A stretch of 64,000 nucleotides of DNA from an uncultured Acidobacteriota bacterium (GTDB lineage: Bacteria; Acidobacteriota; Thermoanaerobaculia; UBA5066; Gp7-AA6). Made by a program: the position numbers and the translations under genes. The first letter of the stretch is position 1. Every line of letters starts with the position of its first letter. The DNA lies in the NCBI GenBank assembly GCA_963710945.1, contig CAVQCH010000002.1, forward strand, positions 130,264 to 194,263, in the 5' to 3' direction. Positions 9,119 through 22,055 of the stretch are shown piece after piece. A model generated the notes under the pieces. That model ran no database searches and was not told the origin of the DNA. It saw only the letters and a list, made by a program, of their open reading frames with translations.

Positions 9119-9775
9119 GTGCTCTTCTCCCGCGTCGCGGCCGGATTCGTCGGCGCGGGAATCCTGGGGCTGCGGGCGACCATCCGCATCGAGGAGCTCC
9201 ACGGCGAGCGGGAATCGGCGCTCGCGGCGCGCGGCGTCCCCATCCTGTACACCCTCTGGCACGGGCGGATGGTCCTGCCCATCCTCGCCCACCTGCACCG
9301 GGGGATCGTCACGATGGCTTCGCGCTCCAAGGACGGCGAGATCATCGCGCGCTGGCTCGTGAGGAACGGCTACGTTCCCGCGCGGGGATCGACCCGGAAG
9401 GGCGGCGCCGCGGCCCTGCAGGACATGATCGAGATCGTCCGGGCGGGCCACGCCGCGGCCCTCACGATCGACGGGCCCAAGGGTCCGCCGCGCGTCGCGC
9501 AGCCCGGCATCCTGCGCCTGGCGCGCGAAACCGGCGGCTGGATCCTGCCCGTCTCCGGGGCGAGCACGCGGCCCTGGTTCGTGCGGTCCTGGGACCGCTA
9601 CCTCGTGCCGAAGCCCTTCTCGCGCTGCGTGGTCGCTTACGGCGAGCCGTTCCCGATCGACGCCGGGACGCCGGAGGAAGACGCCCTGCGCCGCATCGCC
9701 GAGGCGGTCGACGCCGCCACCCGCGAGGCCGACCGCGCCGTCGGCGTCCGGCCGCCTCCGCCCTGGGAGCCGTGA
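9119..9775 (+). CDS. Lysophospholipid acyltransferase family protein (DUF374)
   Basis: LWHGR, SRSKDGEIIA, RGSTRKGG and DGPKGP motifs. Confidence 0.85.
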   Translation: MLFSRVAAGFVGAGILGLRATIRIEELHGERESALAARGVPILYTLWHGRMVLPILAHLHRGIVTMASRSKDGEIIARWLVRNGYVPARGSTRKGGAAALQDMIEIVRAGHAAALTIDGPKGPPRVAQPGILRLARETGGWILPVSGASTRPWFVRSWDRYLVPKPFSRCVVAYGEPFPIDAGTPEEDALRRIAEAVDAATREADRAVGVRPPPPWEP

Positions 9776-9793
9776 ATAGGAGAAAATGCGCCC

Positions 9794-10792
9794 ATGCCGT
9801 TCAATCTTCGCAATCGCAGCGTCCTCGAAATGTCCGACTTTTCGCGGGAGGAGATCCGCTTCCTCCTCGACCTGTCGCGCGACCTGAAGCGCGCCAAGTA
9901 CGCCGGCACCGAGGTGCCGCGCCTGCGCGGCAAGAACCTCTGCCTGATCTTCGAGAAGACCTCGACGCGGACGCGGTGCGCGTTCGAGGTCGCCGCTTAC
10001 GACCAGGGGATGGGCGTGACCTACCTCGACCCCTCCGGCTCGCAGATCGGCCACAAGGAATCCATCGCCGACACGGCCCGCGTGCTCGGCCGCATGTACG
10101 ACGCGATCGAGTACCGCGGCTTCAAGCAGACGGTCGTCGAAGAGCTCGCCGACAACGCCGGCGTCCCCGTGTACAACGGCCTGACGGACGAGTCCCATCC
10201 GACGCAGATGCTGGCCGACCTCCTGACGATGGAGGAGCACGCCGACAAGCCCCTGCACCGCGTGGCGTACTGCTATCTCGGCGACGCGCGCAACAACATG
10301 GGCAACTCGCTGCTGCTCGTCGGCGCCCGGATGGGCATGGACGTGCGCCTGGCCGCGCCGAAGTCCCTGTGGCCGACCGAGCCCGTCGTGGCGCGGGCGC
10401 GGGCGCTCGCGAAGGAGTCGGGCGCGACGATCCTGCTCACGGAGGATCCGAAGAAGGGCGTGAAGGGGTGCGACTTCGTCCATACCGACGTCTGGGTCTC
10501 GATGGGCGAGCCCGCCGAGAAGTGGGCCGAACGGATCCGCCTCCTCAAGAAGTATCGCGTCACCGACGCCCTCATGAAGGCGACCGGCAATTCCCGCGCG
10601 AAGTTCATGCACTGCCTGCCGGCGTTTCACAACCGCGAGACCACGAAGGGCGAGGAGCTCTTCCGGAAGTTCGGGATGGAAGGCCTCGAGGTCGCCGAGG
10701 AGGTATTCGAGTCTCCGGCGTCGGTCGTCTTCGACCAGGCCGAGAACCGGATGCACACGATCAAGGCGATCCTCGTCGCGACGCTCGGCTGA
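9794..10792 (+). CDS. argF: Ornithine carbamoyltransferase (ArcB-like sequence)
   Basis: [17 protein letters not shown] and [11 protein letters not shown] motifs. Confidence 0.93.
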   Translation: MPFNLRNRSVLEMSDFSREEIRFLLDLSRDLKRAKYAGTEVPRLRGKNLCLIFEKTSTRTRCAFEVAAYDQGMGVTYLDPSGSQIGHKESIADTARVLGRMYDAIEYRGFKQTVVEELADNAGVPVYNGLTDESHPTQMLADLLTMEEHADKPLHRVAYCYLGDARNNMGNSLLLVGARMGMDVRLAAPKSLWPTEPVVARARALAKESGATILLTEDPKKGVKGCDFVHTDVWVSMGEPAEKWAERIRLLKKYRVTDALMKATGNSRAKFMHCLPAFHNRETTKGEELFRKFGMEGLEVAEEVFESPASVVFDQAENRMHTIKAILVATLG

Positions 10793-10797
10793 GGCGG

Positions 10798-11270
10798 ATG
10801 AAAAGGAAGGGGCACCTCTTGAAGAAATGGGCCGTGATCATTGGCCTCCTGGCGTGCGGCTTCGGGGGCTTTCCAGTTGCCGGGCGCCGCCGAGGGCCGG
10901 GACAAGCCGCCACGGGAGATCCGGCCAACAGGCCGAGGCCTGGAATCGGCACGACGTCGCTGCGTACGCGAGGCTCTTCGCCGACGACGGCGACGTCGTC
11001 ATCGTGAAGGGGGATGGCGGAGCCACCGGAACTAGAGACCAAGCGAAGGGTGCCTTTACCGGGGTGTTCGCGACAGCACCCTGGCGATCGGGGACGTGCA
11101 AGTGCGGCTCTTGTCGCCGACCGCGGCGGCTGCCGCGTCGGTGGACGATGACGGGCCGGATGCGCCCCGGCCCGAGCCCGAAGAGGGGATCCAACTCCTC
11201 GTGCGGAAGAAGTCGGGCCGGTGGCGTCGAGAACTTCCGCACGATCACGCTGCCCGGCGAAGTTTGCGGG
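10798..11270 (+). pseudogene. Degraded or frameshifted SgcJ/EcaC-like (NTF2 fold) exported protein
   Basis: Fragments in several frames: signal peptide, AWNRHDVAAYARLFADDGDVV, STLAIGDVQVRLLSP, LLVRKKSGRW. End coordinate approximate. Confidence 0.5.
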
Positions 11271-11422
11271 CGGGCGCCGAATGGCCGATCGTCAACCCCA
11301 AGATCTCGGCGGCCGACAGGCCAGCCGCGGGACGCTGTCTGGCCTGCACGGGCCCGGCCTCGGCGGGGTGTCCTCCGAGCGTCGGGTTTTGACATGATGC
11401 GGCCAAGAACAAAGGAGTCCTC

Positions 11423-13390
11423 ATGATGCGGATCGATCGGGGTCGCGGGCTCGCCCTATTCCTGTCGGCGCTCGGCGCCACACTGCTGTCCGGGTCGCTC
11501 GCCGCCCAGGCGCCCAGGCCGCCGGCACCGAAGTCCTCGGCGTTCCCGAGCGAAACGCCCGCCACGGTCGTGCCGCACCGGGAGAGCTTCGACTACGCCC
11601 GGCGCGACGTGATGATTCCGATGCGCGACGGCGTCAAGCTGCACACGGTCATCCTCGTGCCGAAGGGCGCGAAGGGCGCGCCGATCCTGCTGACCCGCAC
11701 GCCGTACGACGCGACGGCGCTGACGACGCACGCCGAGAGCAGCCATCTCGGTCCCACGCTCTACGGTTACGACAACGCCACGGACGTGATCGTCGAGGGC
11801 GGCTACATCCGCGCCGTCCAGGACGTGCGCGGCAAGTACGGCTCCGAGGGCGACTACATCATGAACCGCCCTCTCCAGGGCCCGCAGAACCCGACCCGGG
11901 TCGACCACGCCACCGACACCTGGGACACGATCGACTGGCTCGTGAAGAACCTCCCGGAGTCCAACGGCAAGGTCGGCATCATCGGCATTTCTTACGACGG
12001 GTTTCTGCCGCTGATGGCGCTCTTCCACCCGCACCCGGCCCTCAAGGTGTCCGTCCCGATGAACCCGATGGTGGACGGCTGGATGGGCGACGACTGGTTT
12101 CACAACGGCGCGTTTCGCGAGCAGGGCATGTCGTACATCTACGAGCAGGAGGCGACGCGCAAGAACGAGGAGAAGTGGTGGCGGAGTCACTTCGACGACT
12201 ACGACGAATTCCTGACCGCGGTCTCGGCCGGGGAGCTCGGGCGGATGCACGGCCTCGAGCAGGTCGGTTTCTGGCGAAGGATCCTCGAGCACCCCTCCTA
12301 CGACGCCTACTGGCAGGACCAGGCGGTGGACAAGCTGCTCGCGAAGGAGCCGCTCCAGGTGCCCGTGATGCTCGTCCACAGCCTCTGGGACCAGGAGGAC
12401 ATCTACGGCGCGATCGCGGTCTACAAGGCGATCAAGCCCAAGGACACCGGCAACGACAAGGTCTTCCTGGTCATGGGCCCGTGGCACCACGGCCAGTCGA
12501 TCGGCGACGGCAGCACGCTCGGCGCCTTGAAGTTCGGGAGCGACACGGCCCTGACGTTCCGGCAGGAGGTGCTGCGGCCGTTCCTCGACCAGTACCTGAA
12601 GGACGGGGCGCCCAAGGCCGACGTCGCGCCCGTGACGGCGTACGAGACGGGGACCAACGCCTGGCGGCGGCTGCCGGCGTGGCCGGCCGGCTGCGCGAGC
12701 GGCTGCACGGTCAAGGCGACGCCGTTCTACATGGGCGCGGGGACGAAGGCCTCTTTCTCGGCGCCGGCGGCCGGGAGCGCGGAGTTCACCGAGTACGTCT
12801 CCGATCCCGCCCGTCCGGTGCCGTTCATCTCCCGGCCCGTGAACGCGAGCGGCGCGCGCTGGTCGAAGTGGCTCTCGGACGACCAGCGCGAAACCTCCGG
12901 CCGGACGGACGTGGCCGTCTTCGTCTCGGACGTGCTGACGGCACCCGTCAAGATCAGCGGCCAGCCGGTCGCGAACCTCGTTGCCTCGACGAGCGGTACC
13001 GACGCGGACTGGGTCGTGAAGGTGATCGACGTCTACCCGGACGAGGTGGCCGGGGACCCGGGCATGGGCGGCTACCAGCTCATGGTCGCGGCCGACATCT
13101 TTCGCGGCCGGTACCGGGAGAGTCTCGAGACGCCGAAGCCGATCGCCGCCAACACGCCGCTCGCGTATCGGTTCGCCCTGCCCACCGCCAATCACGTCTT
13201 CCGGCCGGGGCACCGCATCATGGTGCAGGTGCAGTCGAGCTGGTTTCCGCTCTACGACCGCAATCCCCAGACTTTCGTGCCGAACATCTTCTGGGCGACG
13301 CCGGGAGACTACAAGGCGGCCGTGCAGCGCATCTATCACGCTCCCGACCGGGCGAGCTTCGTCGAGCTGCCCCTCGTCGGGACGCCGTGA
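11423..13390 (+). CDS. CocE/NonD family hydrolase (alpha-amino acid ester hydrolase-like)
   Basis: Signal peptide, MRDGVKLHT, QDVRGKYGSEG, nucleophile GISYDG, C-terminal QSSWFPLYDRNP. Confidence 0.9.
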   Translation: MMRIDRGRGLALFLSALGATLLSGSLAAQAPRPPAPKSSAFPSETPATVVPHRESFDYARRDVMIPMRDGVKLHTVILVPKGAKGAPILLTRTPYDATALTTHAESSHLGPTLYGYDNATDVIVEGGYIRAVQDVRGKYGSEGDYIMNRPLQGPQNPTRVDHATDTWDTIDWLVKNLPESNGKVGIIGISYDGFLPLMALFHPHPALKVSVPMNPMVDGWMGDDWFHNGAFREQGMSYIYEQEATRKNEEKWWRSHFDDYDEFLTAVSAGELGRMHGLEQVGFWRRILEHPSYDAYWQDQAVDKLLAKEPLQVPVMLVHSLWDQEDIYGAIAVYKAIKPKDTGNDKVFLVMGPWHHGQSIGDGSTLGALKFGSDTALTFRQEVLRPFLDQYLKDGAPKADVAPVTAYETGTNAWRRLPAWPAGCASGCTVKATPFYMGAGTKASFSAPAAGSAEFTEYVSDPARPVPFISRPVNASGARWSKWLSDDQRETSGRTDVAVFVSDVLTAPVKISGQPVANLVASTSGTDADWVVKVIDVYPDEVAGDPGMGGYQLMVAADIFRGRYRESLETPKPIAANTPLAYRFALPTANHVFRPGHRIMVQVQSSWFPLYDRNPQTFVPNIFWATPGDYKAAVQRIYHAPDRASFVELPLVGTP

Positions 13391-13441
13391 AGCGGGAGCA
13401 ATGACCGTTCACCCCGGGCCCTGGGAGTAGGAGGGAGGGGA

Positions 13442-13981
13442 ATGCCGAAGTACGTGGCCTTCCTGCGCGCGGTCAACGTGGGTGGGCGGATCGTGAAGAT
13501 GGACCGCCTCCGGGATCTCTTCGCGGAGATGGGCTTCTCCGACGTCGAGACGTTCATCGCCAGCGGCAACGTCATCTTCCGCTCGCCCGGGCGAAGCCCC
13601 TCGGCGCTCGAGCGCAAGATCGAAAAGTGCCTGGACGGCGCCCTCGGATACGCCGTGCCGGTCTTTCTCCGCTCGCCCGCGGAGCTCGCGTCGATCGCGC
13701 GCCACCGCCCCTTCGGCGAGGTCGTCCTGAGCGCGAAGAGCGCCGCGCTGTACATCGGCTTCGCCGCCGCGGTCCCGAAGCCCGACGCCCGGCGCCGGCT
13801 GGCGGAGCTCGGAGACGAGAACGACGATTTCCACGTTCGCGGGCGCGAGGTCTACTGGCTGTGCCGCAAGCGGATGGCCGGCTCGTTGTACTCGGGCGCC
13901 CAGCTCGAGAAGACGCTCGGGCTGCCGGTCACCTTCCGCAGCCACACGACGATCGCGAAGCTCGCCGCCCTGCACGCCTGA
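13442..13981 (+). CDS. DUF1697 family protein
   Basis: YVAFLRAVNVGG and VETFIASGNVIF motifs. Confidence 0.9.
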   Translation: MPKYVAFLRAVNVGGRIVKMDRLRDLFAEMGFSDVETFIASGNVIFRSPGRSPSALERKIEKCLDGALGYAVPVFLRSPAELASIARHRPFGEVVLSAKSAALYIGFAAAVPKPDARRRLAELGDENDDFHVRGREVYWLCRKRMAGSLYSGAQLEKTLGLPVTFRSHTTIAKLAALHA

Positions 13982-13996
13982 CGACGGCGGCGGCCG

Positions 13997-14467
13997 CTAG
14001 GGGCTCGACGGGGGCGGGTGGTGTTTCTCGAGCCGCCCGATGGGGCCGAGGACGATCCACCCGAAGAAGGCGCCGAGGATCGGCAGCCAGATGTGGCCGA
14101 GGCCCGCCCCGGTGCCGACGGCGGCCGTCAGCCAGATGCTCGCCGCGGTCGTCAGGCCGTGCACCTCGCCGCGATCGCCCAGCTTCAGAATCGCGCCCGC
14201 GCCGAGAAAGCCGATGCCGGCCACCAGCCCCTGGATGACGCGGCTCACGTCGGCCGAGGTCGCGCCCGCCTCGACCGCCGCCAGGACGAAGAAGGCCGCG
14301 CCGAGGCTGACGAGCATGTGGGTGCGCAGTCCCGCCGTACTGTGGACGCGCTCGCGCTGCAGGCCGAGCAGGGCGCCCAGAGCGAGCGCGAGGGCCAGGC
14401 GGACGACCGAGACGAGCAGGATGTGGGCGGTCGGCCAGTGGAAGATCGGGAGGTCCTCGGCGCCCAT
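13997..14467 (-). CDS. MgtC/SapB family membrane protein
   Basis: AGLRTHMLVSLGA, GIGFLGAGAI and GLTTAASIW motifs. Confidence 0.9.
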   Translation of the reverse strand: MGAEDLPIFHWPTAHILLVSVVRLALALALGALLGLQRERVHSTAGLRTHMLVSLGAAFFVLAAVEAGATSADVSRVIQGLVAGIGFLGAGAILKLGDRGEVHGLTTAASIWLTAAVGTGAGLGHIWLPILGAFFGWIVLGPIGRLEKHHPPPSSP

Positions 14468-14474
14468 CGCGAGG

Positions 14475-15878
14475 TTACTCGTCCGGCCCGGTCATCTTCT
14501 CGGGCTTGACCTCGCGGTCGAACTCCTCGGCCGTCAGGTGCCCGAGGGCGAGGGTCGCTTCCTTGAGCGTCGTGCCCTCGTGGTGCGCCTTCTTGGCGAT
14601 CGCGGCCGCCTTGTCGTAGCCGAGCTTCGGCGCGAGGCCCGTCACCAGCATGAGGGAGCGGCTCACGTGCTCACGGATGCGCTCGTGATCGGGCTCGATG
14701 CCCCGGGCGCAGTGCTGCTCGAAGGACTCGCAGGCGTCGGCCAGAAGCCGCACCGAGCGCAGTACGTTCGAGATGATGAGGGGCTTGTAGACGTTGAGCT
14801 CGAAGTTGCCGGAGGCGCCGCCGTAGGACACGGCGACGTCGTTGCCGAAGACCTGGCCGCAGACCATCGTGAGCGCCTCGGGCTGCGTCGGGTTGACTTT
14901 GCCGGGCATGATGGACGAGCCCGGCTCGTTCTCGGGGATCCGGATCTCGCCGAGGCCGGCGCGGGGTCCGGAGGCGAGCCAGCGGACGTCGTTGGCGATC
15001 TTGGTCAGCGCCACGGCGAGGGTGCGGATCGCGCCGTGGGCATGGACGAGCGCATCGTGCGCGGCCAGGGCCTCGAATTTGTTGGGCGCCGTGACGAAGG
15101 GAATCCCCGTCAGCCGAGCGATCTCGGCGGCCACCTTGTGGCCGAAGTCGGCGGGCGCGTTCAGGCCCGTGCCCACCGCCGTGCCGCCGAGCGCGAGCTC
15201 CTGGAGGTGGGGCAGCGACGCCTCGAGGTGCTCGCGGCAGTGGTCGAGCTGCGACACCCATCCCGAGATCTCCTGGCCGAGCGTCATCGGGACCGCGTCC
15301 TGGAGGTGCGTGCGGCCGATCTTGACGATGCCGGAGAACTCTTTCGCCTTGCGGTCGAGCGTGTCGCGCAGGATCGCGACGGCGGGTAGCAGGCGGTGGC
15401 GGATCTGCTCGACCGCCGCGATGTGCATCGCGGTCGGAAACGTGTCGTTCGAGGACTGGCTGCGGTTGACGTCGTCGTTGGGGTGGATCGGCTTCTTCGA
15501 GCCCATCTCGCCGCCGAGAATCTCGATCGCGCGGTTTCCGATGACCTCGTTGGCGTTCATGTTGGTCTGCGTGCCGCTGCCGGTCTGCCAGACCACCAGG
15601 GGGAAGTGTTCGTCGAGCTTCCCGGAGATCACCTCGTCGGCCGCCTGGACGATGGCCGCCGCCTTTTCGGGCGCCAGGGCGCCGCGGTCGCGGTTGACGA
15701 TCGCGCAGGCCTTCTTGAGGATGCCGAGGGCGCGGATCAGCTCGCGCGGAAAGCGCTCGCCGCCGATCTTGAAGTGCTCGAGGGAGCGCTCGGTCTGCGC
15801 CCCCCAGTAGCGGTCGGCGGGCACCTCGATCTTGCCCATCGTGTCGGACTCGGTGCGTGTCTTCCTGGGATCGCTCAC
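14475..15878 (-). CDS. fumC: Class II fumarate hydratase
   Basis: [19 protein letters not shown] and [13 protein letters not shown] motifs. Confidence 0.96.
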   Translation of the reverse strand: MSDPRKTRTESDTMGKIEVPADRYWGAQTERSLEHFKIGGERFPRELIRALGILKKACAIVNRDRGALAPEKAAAIVQAADEVISGKLDEHFPLVVWQTGSGTQTNMNANEVIGNRAIEILGGEMGSKKPIHPNDDVNRSQSSNDTFPTAMHIAAVEQIRHRLLPAVAILRDTLDRKAKEFSGIVKIGRTHLQDAVPMTLGQEISGWVSQLDHCREHLEASLPHLQELALGGTAVGTGLNAPADFGHKVAAEIARLTGIPFVTAPNKFEALAAHDALVHAHGAIRTLAVALTKIANDVRWLASGPRAGLGEIRIPENEPGSSIMPGKVNPTQPEALTMVCGQVFGNDVAVSYGGASGNFELNVYKPLIISNVLRSVRLLADACESFEQHCARGIEPDHERIREHVSRSLMLVTGLAPKLGYDKAAAIAKKAHHEGTTLKEATLALGHLTAEEFDREVKPEKMTGPDE

Positions 15879-15948
15879 GATGCGGATGCTATCGCAGGCC
15901 CGGCGGCGGTGCGGGCGCTGGCGTATGCTCCGACGGACGGGAGAGTCC

Positions 15949-16335
15949 TTGGCGATACGCGTCGTTCAACTCGGATCCGCCCGCCACCGTGGCGAGGGAC
16001 CCCGGCTCGGGACCGTGCGGCGCCCCCCGCGCGGCGTGCCGAAGCGTGAATTCGCCTCGCGCAACTTCTACGACGTGTGGCTGCCCGTCCTGTCCCCGTC
16101 CGAGGGTCTCGTGCGGGCCGCCCGGCAGGCGCCGGACGCGCGGGCCTGGCGCTCCTTCGCGCGGCGCTACCGGGCGGAGATGAGCAAGCCCGAAGCGAGC
16201 CGGATTCTCGATCTGCTGGCCGTCCTGTCGTCGAACGCCGAGTTCTCGGTGGGCTGTTACTGCGCCGACGAGAGTCGCTGCCATCGCTCGATTCTCCGAG
16301 AGCTCCTCGAGGAGCGGGGCGCGACGATCCGCTAG
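15949..16335 (+). CDS. DUF488 family protein
   Basis: [19 protein letters not shown] and [12 protein letters not shown] motifs. TTG start inferred after GGAGAG. Confidence 0.8.
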   Translation: MAIRVVQLGSARHRGEGPRLGTVRRPPRGVPKREFASRNFYDVWLPVLSPSEGLVRAARQAPDARAWRSFARRYRAEMSKPEASRILDLLAVLSSNAEFSVGCYCADESRCHRSILRELLEERGATIR

Positions 16336-16344
16336 GCGCGCCTT

Positions 16345-17120
16345 CTACCCGCTGCCACCCTCGCCGCCCGCGGCGCGCCGGCCGGCCGTGAGGCTCGCCT
16401 TGACGAAGTCGGCGTTCATCCGGGCGATGAACTCCATCCGGATACCCTTCGGGCAGGCCGACTCGCACTCCCCGTGATTCGTGCACGTGCCGAAACTCTC
16501 GGCGTCCATCTGCGCGACCATCCCGCGGACGCGCTGCCAGCGCTCGGGCTGGCCCTGCGGCAGCAGCGCGAGCTGGGAGACTTTGGCGGACACGAACAGC
16601 ATCGCGGAGGCGTTGGGGCAGGCGGCGACGCATGCGCCGCAGCCGATGCAGGCGGCCGCGTCCATCGCGAGGTCTGCGTTCTCCTTCGGAATCGGGATCG
16701 CGTTGCCGTCGGGCGCGCCCCCGGTCGGGGCCGAGATGAAGCCCCCGGCGGCGATGATCCGGTCGAAGGCGCCCCGGTCCACGACGAGGTCCTTCAGGAC
16801 GGGGAACGCCTCCGCGCGCCAGGGCTCGATCGTCAGCGTGTCGCCGTCCTTGAAGCTGCGCATGTGGAGCTGGCAGGCCGTCGTCCGCTCCCGCGGCCCA
16901 TGGGCGCGGCCGTTGATGACGACGCCGCACGTCCCGCAGATGCCCTCGCGGCAGTCGTGGTCGAAGGCGATGGGATCCTGGCCCTTCGCGATCAGGCCTT
17001 CGTTGACGACGTCCAGCATCTCGAGGAACGACATCTCCTCGCTGACGTCGTTGGCGGCGTACGTGACGAATTCGCCCTTCGCCTTCGCGTTCTTCTGGCG
17101 CCAGACCTTGAGCGTCACGT

Positions 17121-17124
<4 letters not shown>
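16345..17124 (-). CDS. sdhB: Succinate dehydrogenase/fumarate reductase Fe-S subunit
   Basis: [16 protein letters not shown] and [12 protein letters not shown] motifs. Confidence 0.95.
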
Positions 17125-19034
<1,910 letters not shown>

Positions 19035-19049
19035 GACGGCCTCCTCGGA

Positions 19050-19712
19050 CTACTTCACGATCCCGGCGAGGACCGCCAGGGGAAAGGAGATGTTGCCGAT
19101 GACGACGACCGCGGCGACGATCCACGCGGCGACGTGCGCCATGCGGATGTAGCGCGGGTGCGAGACGCCCAGCGTCTGGAACATGCTCCAGACGCCGTGA
19201 CGCAGGTGCAGACCGAGCGCCAGCATCGCGACGATGTAGAAGATCGAAACCGGGACGACACGGAAGCCCGCGACGAAGTTGTGGTAGACGTCGCCCTCGA
19301 TGAAGCTCGGGTGCACGGTCCCGATCGTGAAATGCAGCAGGTGGTAGATCACGAAGAGCAGGATGATCACGCCGCCCCAGCGCATCGTGCGCGACGCGTA
19401 GGTGGACTCCCGCCACTTCTGCTCCCGGTAGCCTTCCGGGCGGGCGCGCCGGCTGTCGAGCGTCAGCGACGTCGCCGACCAGATGTGCAGCACGACGGCC
19501 GCCAGCAGGACCACGCGGGCGATCCAGAGCCCCGCGCCGTGCAGCAGCTGGCGCAGCAAGACGCCGTAATGGTTCATGGCCTCGGCGCCCAGGTAAACCT
19601 GGAGGTTCCCGAGCATGTGGACGATGACGAAGCCGACGAGGATCGCACCCGTGATGGCCATGACGACCTTGCGGCCGATCGACGAACGAGCGAACCCGGG
19701 GGCCTCACTCAT
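19050..19712 (-). CDS. sdhC: Succinate dehydrogenase cytochrome b subunit (single 5-TM b558 type)
   Basis: SSIGRKVVMAITG, HMLGNL, HLLHF and HLRHG motifs. ATG at 19712. Confidence 0.9.
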   Translation of the reverse strand: MSEAPGFARSSIGRKVVMAITGAILVGFVIVHMLGNLQVYLGAEAMNHYGVLLRQLLHGAGLWIARVVLLAAVVLHIWSATSLTLDSRRARPEGYREQKWRESTYASRTMRWGGVIILLFVIYHLLHFTIGTVHPSFIEGDVYHNFVAGFRVVPVSIFYIVAMLALGLHLRHGVWSMFQTLGVSHPRYIRMAHVAAWIVAAVVVIGNISFPLAVLAGIVK

Positions 19713-19784
19713 GCTGTCCTCCGCGGCGGACGAACGCGCCACGGCCGGGATTATATGCGGGGGCGAAAAGCGTTCCATGATGCG

Positions 19785-20670
19785 ATGTCATCTTTCCGTC
19801 GCGCGGCCGCCGCCGCGCTGATCGGCGGTGTCGCCAGCGTGTTCGTGATCGCGCAGGAGGCCGCGCCGCCGCTTCCCGACGCGCACTCCTTTCTCGAAGA
19901 GGTCCGCAGGAACCTGCGCAGCGATCGCCTCCTCCTCGAGCAGTACACCTTCACGGAACGGCGCATCGAGCGCCGGCTCGACGGCAAGGGCGCCGTCAAG
20001 GAGACGAAGACGAAGACCTACGAGGTGTATCCGTCGGCGGAGCCCGGCAAGATGTACCGCCGGCTCGTCGCCCGCGACGGCGTCCCGATCCCCGCGAAGG
20101 ATCTCGCCGAGCGAGGACCGCAAGCACGAGGCGCGCGCCGAGAAGGAGGAGCGCGAGCTCGCCGACGAGAGCCCGGCTGCCCGCGCCCGGCGTCTGGCCC
20201 GCGAGCAGGAGGACCTCCGGCAGGAGGGCGAGGTCATCGACGAGCTCTATCGCATGGACGCGCTCGTCGTCGAGGGCCGCGAGCCCGTGGATGGCCGGCC
20301 GGCCATCATCGTGTCGTTCGCGCCGCGGCCGGGGTACAAGCCCGTGACGGCGGGCGGCAAGGTGCTGCAGAAACTGGCCGGCCGGGCGTGGATCGACGAG
20401 GAGGACAAGCAGCTCGTCCGGATCGAGGCGCGGCTGCTCGAGAACCTCGGCGTCGGGCCGGCCGGCATCGCGCGTCTCCAGAAGGGCGCCAGCGCCTACT
20501 TCCACCGCAAGAAGGTCAACCGCGAGATCTGGCTGCCGACCGAGGCCCGCTTCACGGGTGTCGCCAAGATTCTTCTCTTCTACGGCCCGCGGGTGGACGC
20601 CCTCTTCGAGTACGGCGACTACAAGAAATTCTCGGTCTCGACCGACGAGACGGTCACGACCGAGCCCTGA
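19785..20670 (+). CDS. Exported hypothetical protein (one frameshift near 20115)
   Basis: Signal peptide and beta-rich body (YTFTERR...AWIDEED...WLPT...YGDYKKF) split between two frames. Confidence 0.65.
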
Positions 20671-20680
20671 CCGGGCGCGG

Positions 20681-21811
20681 TCAGGCGGGAACGGGCTCCG
20701 CGCCGATCCCGGCGCGGACCACGCGGCGGTAGTCGGAATCCCGCTCGAAGGGCTCCCGGCCCGACTCGCGGATGATCCGCTCGAAGTCGGTGCGCGTCAT
20801 TCCCGATGCCGTCGTGGCGCCGGCGGCGTGCGTGATGGTTTCGTCCACGACCGTGCCGACGAGGTCGTCCGCCCCGAAGAAAAGCGCGACCTGCGCGAGC
20901 TTCGTGCCGATCTGGATCCAGTACGCCTTGATGTGCGGCACGTTGTCGAGAAGCAGGCGCGACGCCGCGATCACGCGCAGGTCGAGCTGGCCCGTCGAGG
21001 CCGGCAGATCGGCGAGCGGCGTGTTCTCCGGATGGAAGGCGAGGGGGATCAGTCCGGGGATGCCTCCGGTCTCGTCCTGGAGATCGCGCAACCGCAGGAG
21101 GTGGTCCACGCGCTCCTCGGCCGTCTCGACGTGGCCGTAGAGCATCGTCGCGTTGGTCCGCACGCCCTCCCGGTGGCACTCGCGCGCGACCTCGAGCCAG
21201 CGCTCGCCCGAGATCTTGTTCCTGCAGATGATGTCGCGCACGCGGCGGGCGAAGATCTCGGCGCCGCCGCCCGGGCAGGAGTCCATGCCGGCGTCGCGGA
21301 GCTGCCGGATCGCTTCGCCGACCGGCATCCGGCCGATCTGCGCGATCCAGTCGAGCTCGACCATGGTCCAGGCCTTGAGATGGACGCCCGGAAACCTTGC
21401 CTTGAGCGCCTGCAGGAGGCCCGTGTAGTACGAGAAGGGCCACGTCGGGTGCAGCCCGCCCACGATGTGGAATTCGGTCACCCTCTCGCTGTACCCCTTG
21501 CCGGCCTCTGCCACGCACTCTTCGATCGCCATCTCGTAGCCGCCGGGCTCGTTGACCTTTTTCGCCCAGGCGCAAAGCGCGCAATCCACCCAGCAGAGGT
21601 TCGTCGGGTTCAGGTACCGGTTGACGTTGTAGAAGGCGAGGTTGCCGTGGCGCTCTTCGCGCGCGTGGTTGGCCAGGCGGCCGAGGCCGAGGAAGTCCCG
21701 CGTCGCGAAGAGCGAGACGCCGTCGTCGAACGAGAGACGCTCTCCGGCGAGGACCTTTCCGGCGATCGGTTCGAGGTCCGAGCCGCGGAAGCTCGAAAGG
21801 AGGTCCGTCAC
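20681..21811 (-). CDS. mqnE: Radical SAM aminofutalosine synthase MqnE (CofH/MqnC/MqnE family)
   Basis: NRYLNPTNLCWVDCALC, EFHIVGGLHP, PGGGAEIF and HIKAYW motifs. GTG start overlaps the upstream stop. Confidence 0.82.
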   Translation of the reverse strand: MTDLLSSFRGSDLEPIAGKVLAGERLSFDDGVSLFATRDFLGLGRLANHAREERHGNLAFYNVNRYLNPTNLCWVDCALCAWAKKVNEPGGYEMAIEECVAEAGKGYSERVTEFHIVGGLHPTWPFSYYTGLLQALKARFPGVHLKAWTMVELDWIAQIGRMPVGEAIRQLRDAGMDSCPGGGAEIFARRVRDIICRNKISGERWLEVARECHREGVRTNATMLYGHVETAEERVDHLLRLRDLQDETGGIPGLIPLAFHPENTPLADLPASTGQLDLRVIAASRLLLDNVPHIKAYWIQIGTKLAQVALFFGADDLVGTVVDETITHAAGATTASGMTRTDFERIIRESGREPFERDSDYRRVVRAGIGAEPVPA

Positions 21812-22032
21812 GGGATGGCGGGCTTGGTCACCGGCTGGAACGGCTCCTGGGAAACGGGTGCGACGTCGTCGACGAACGGCGTGATGTACGCGTAGCAGTC
21901 CCAGCAGTAGCGCTCGTCCGCGCGGAACTGGAAGTCCACGACGCGGCCGACGGCCGGATAGTCGAGGATTTCCTTGCCGCAGCGGTGGCACATGTCCTTC
22001 TGTCCCTTGATGAGCCGCCAGACGGGTCCCAT
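21808..22032 (-). CDS. 74-aa protein with two CxxC motifs (putative Zn ribbon)
   Basis: MGPVWRLIKGQKDMCHRCGKEI...RYCWDCYAY. GTGA overlap with mqnE. Confidence 0.65.
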   Translation of the reverse strand: MGPVWRLIKGQKDMCHRCGKEILDYPAVGRVVDFQFRADERYCWDCYAYITPFVDDVAPVSQEPFQPVTKPAIP

Positions 22033-22055
22033 GGTTACCCCCGCCGAGGATGCTA

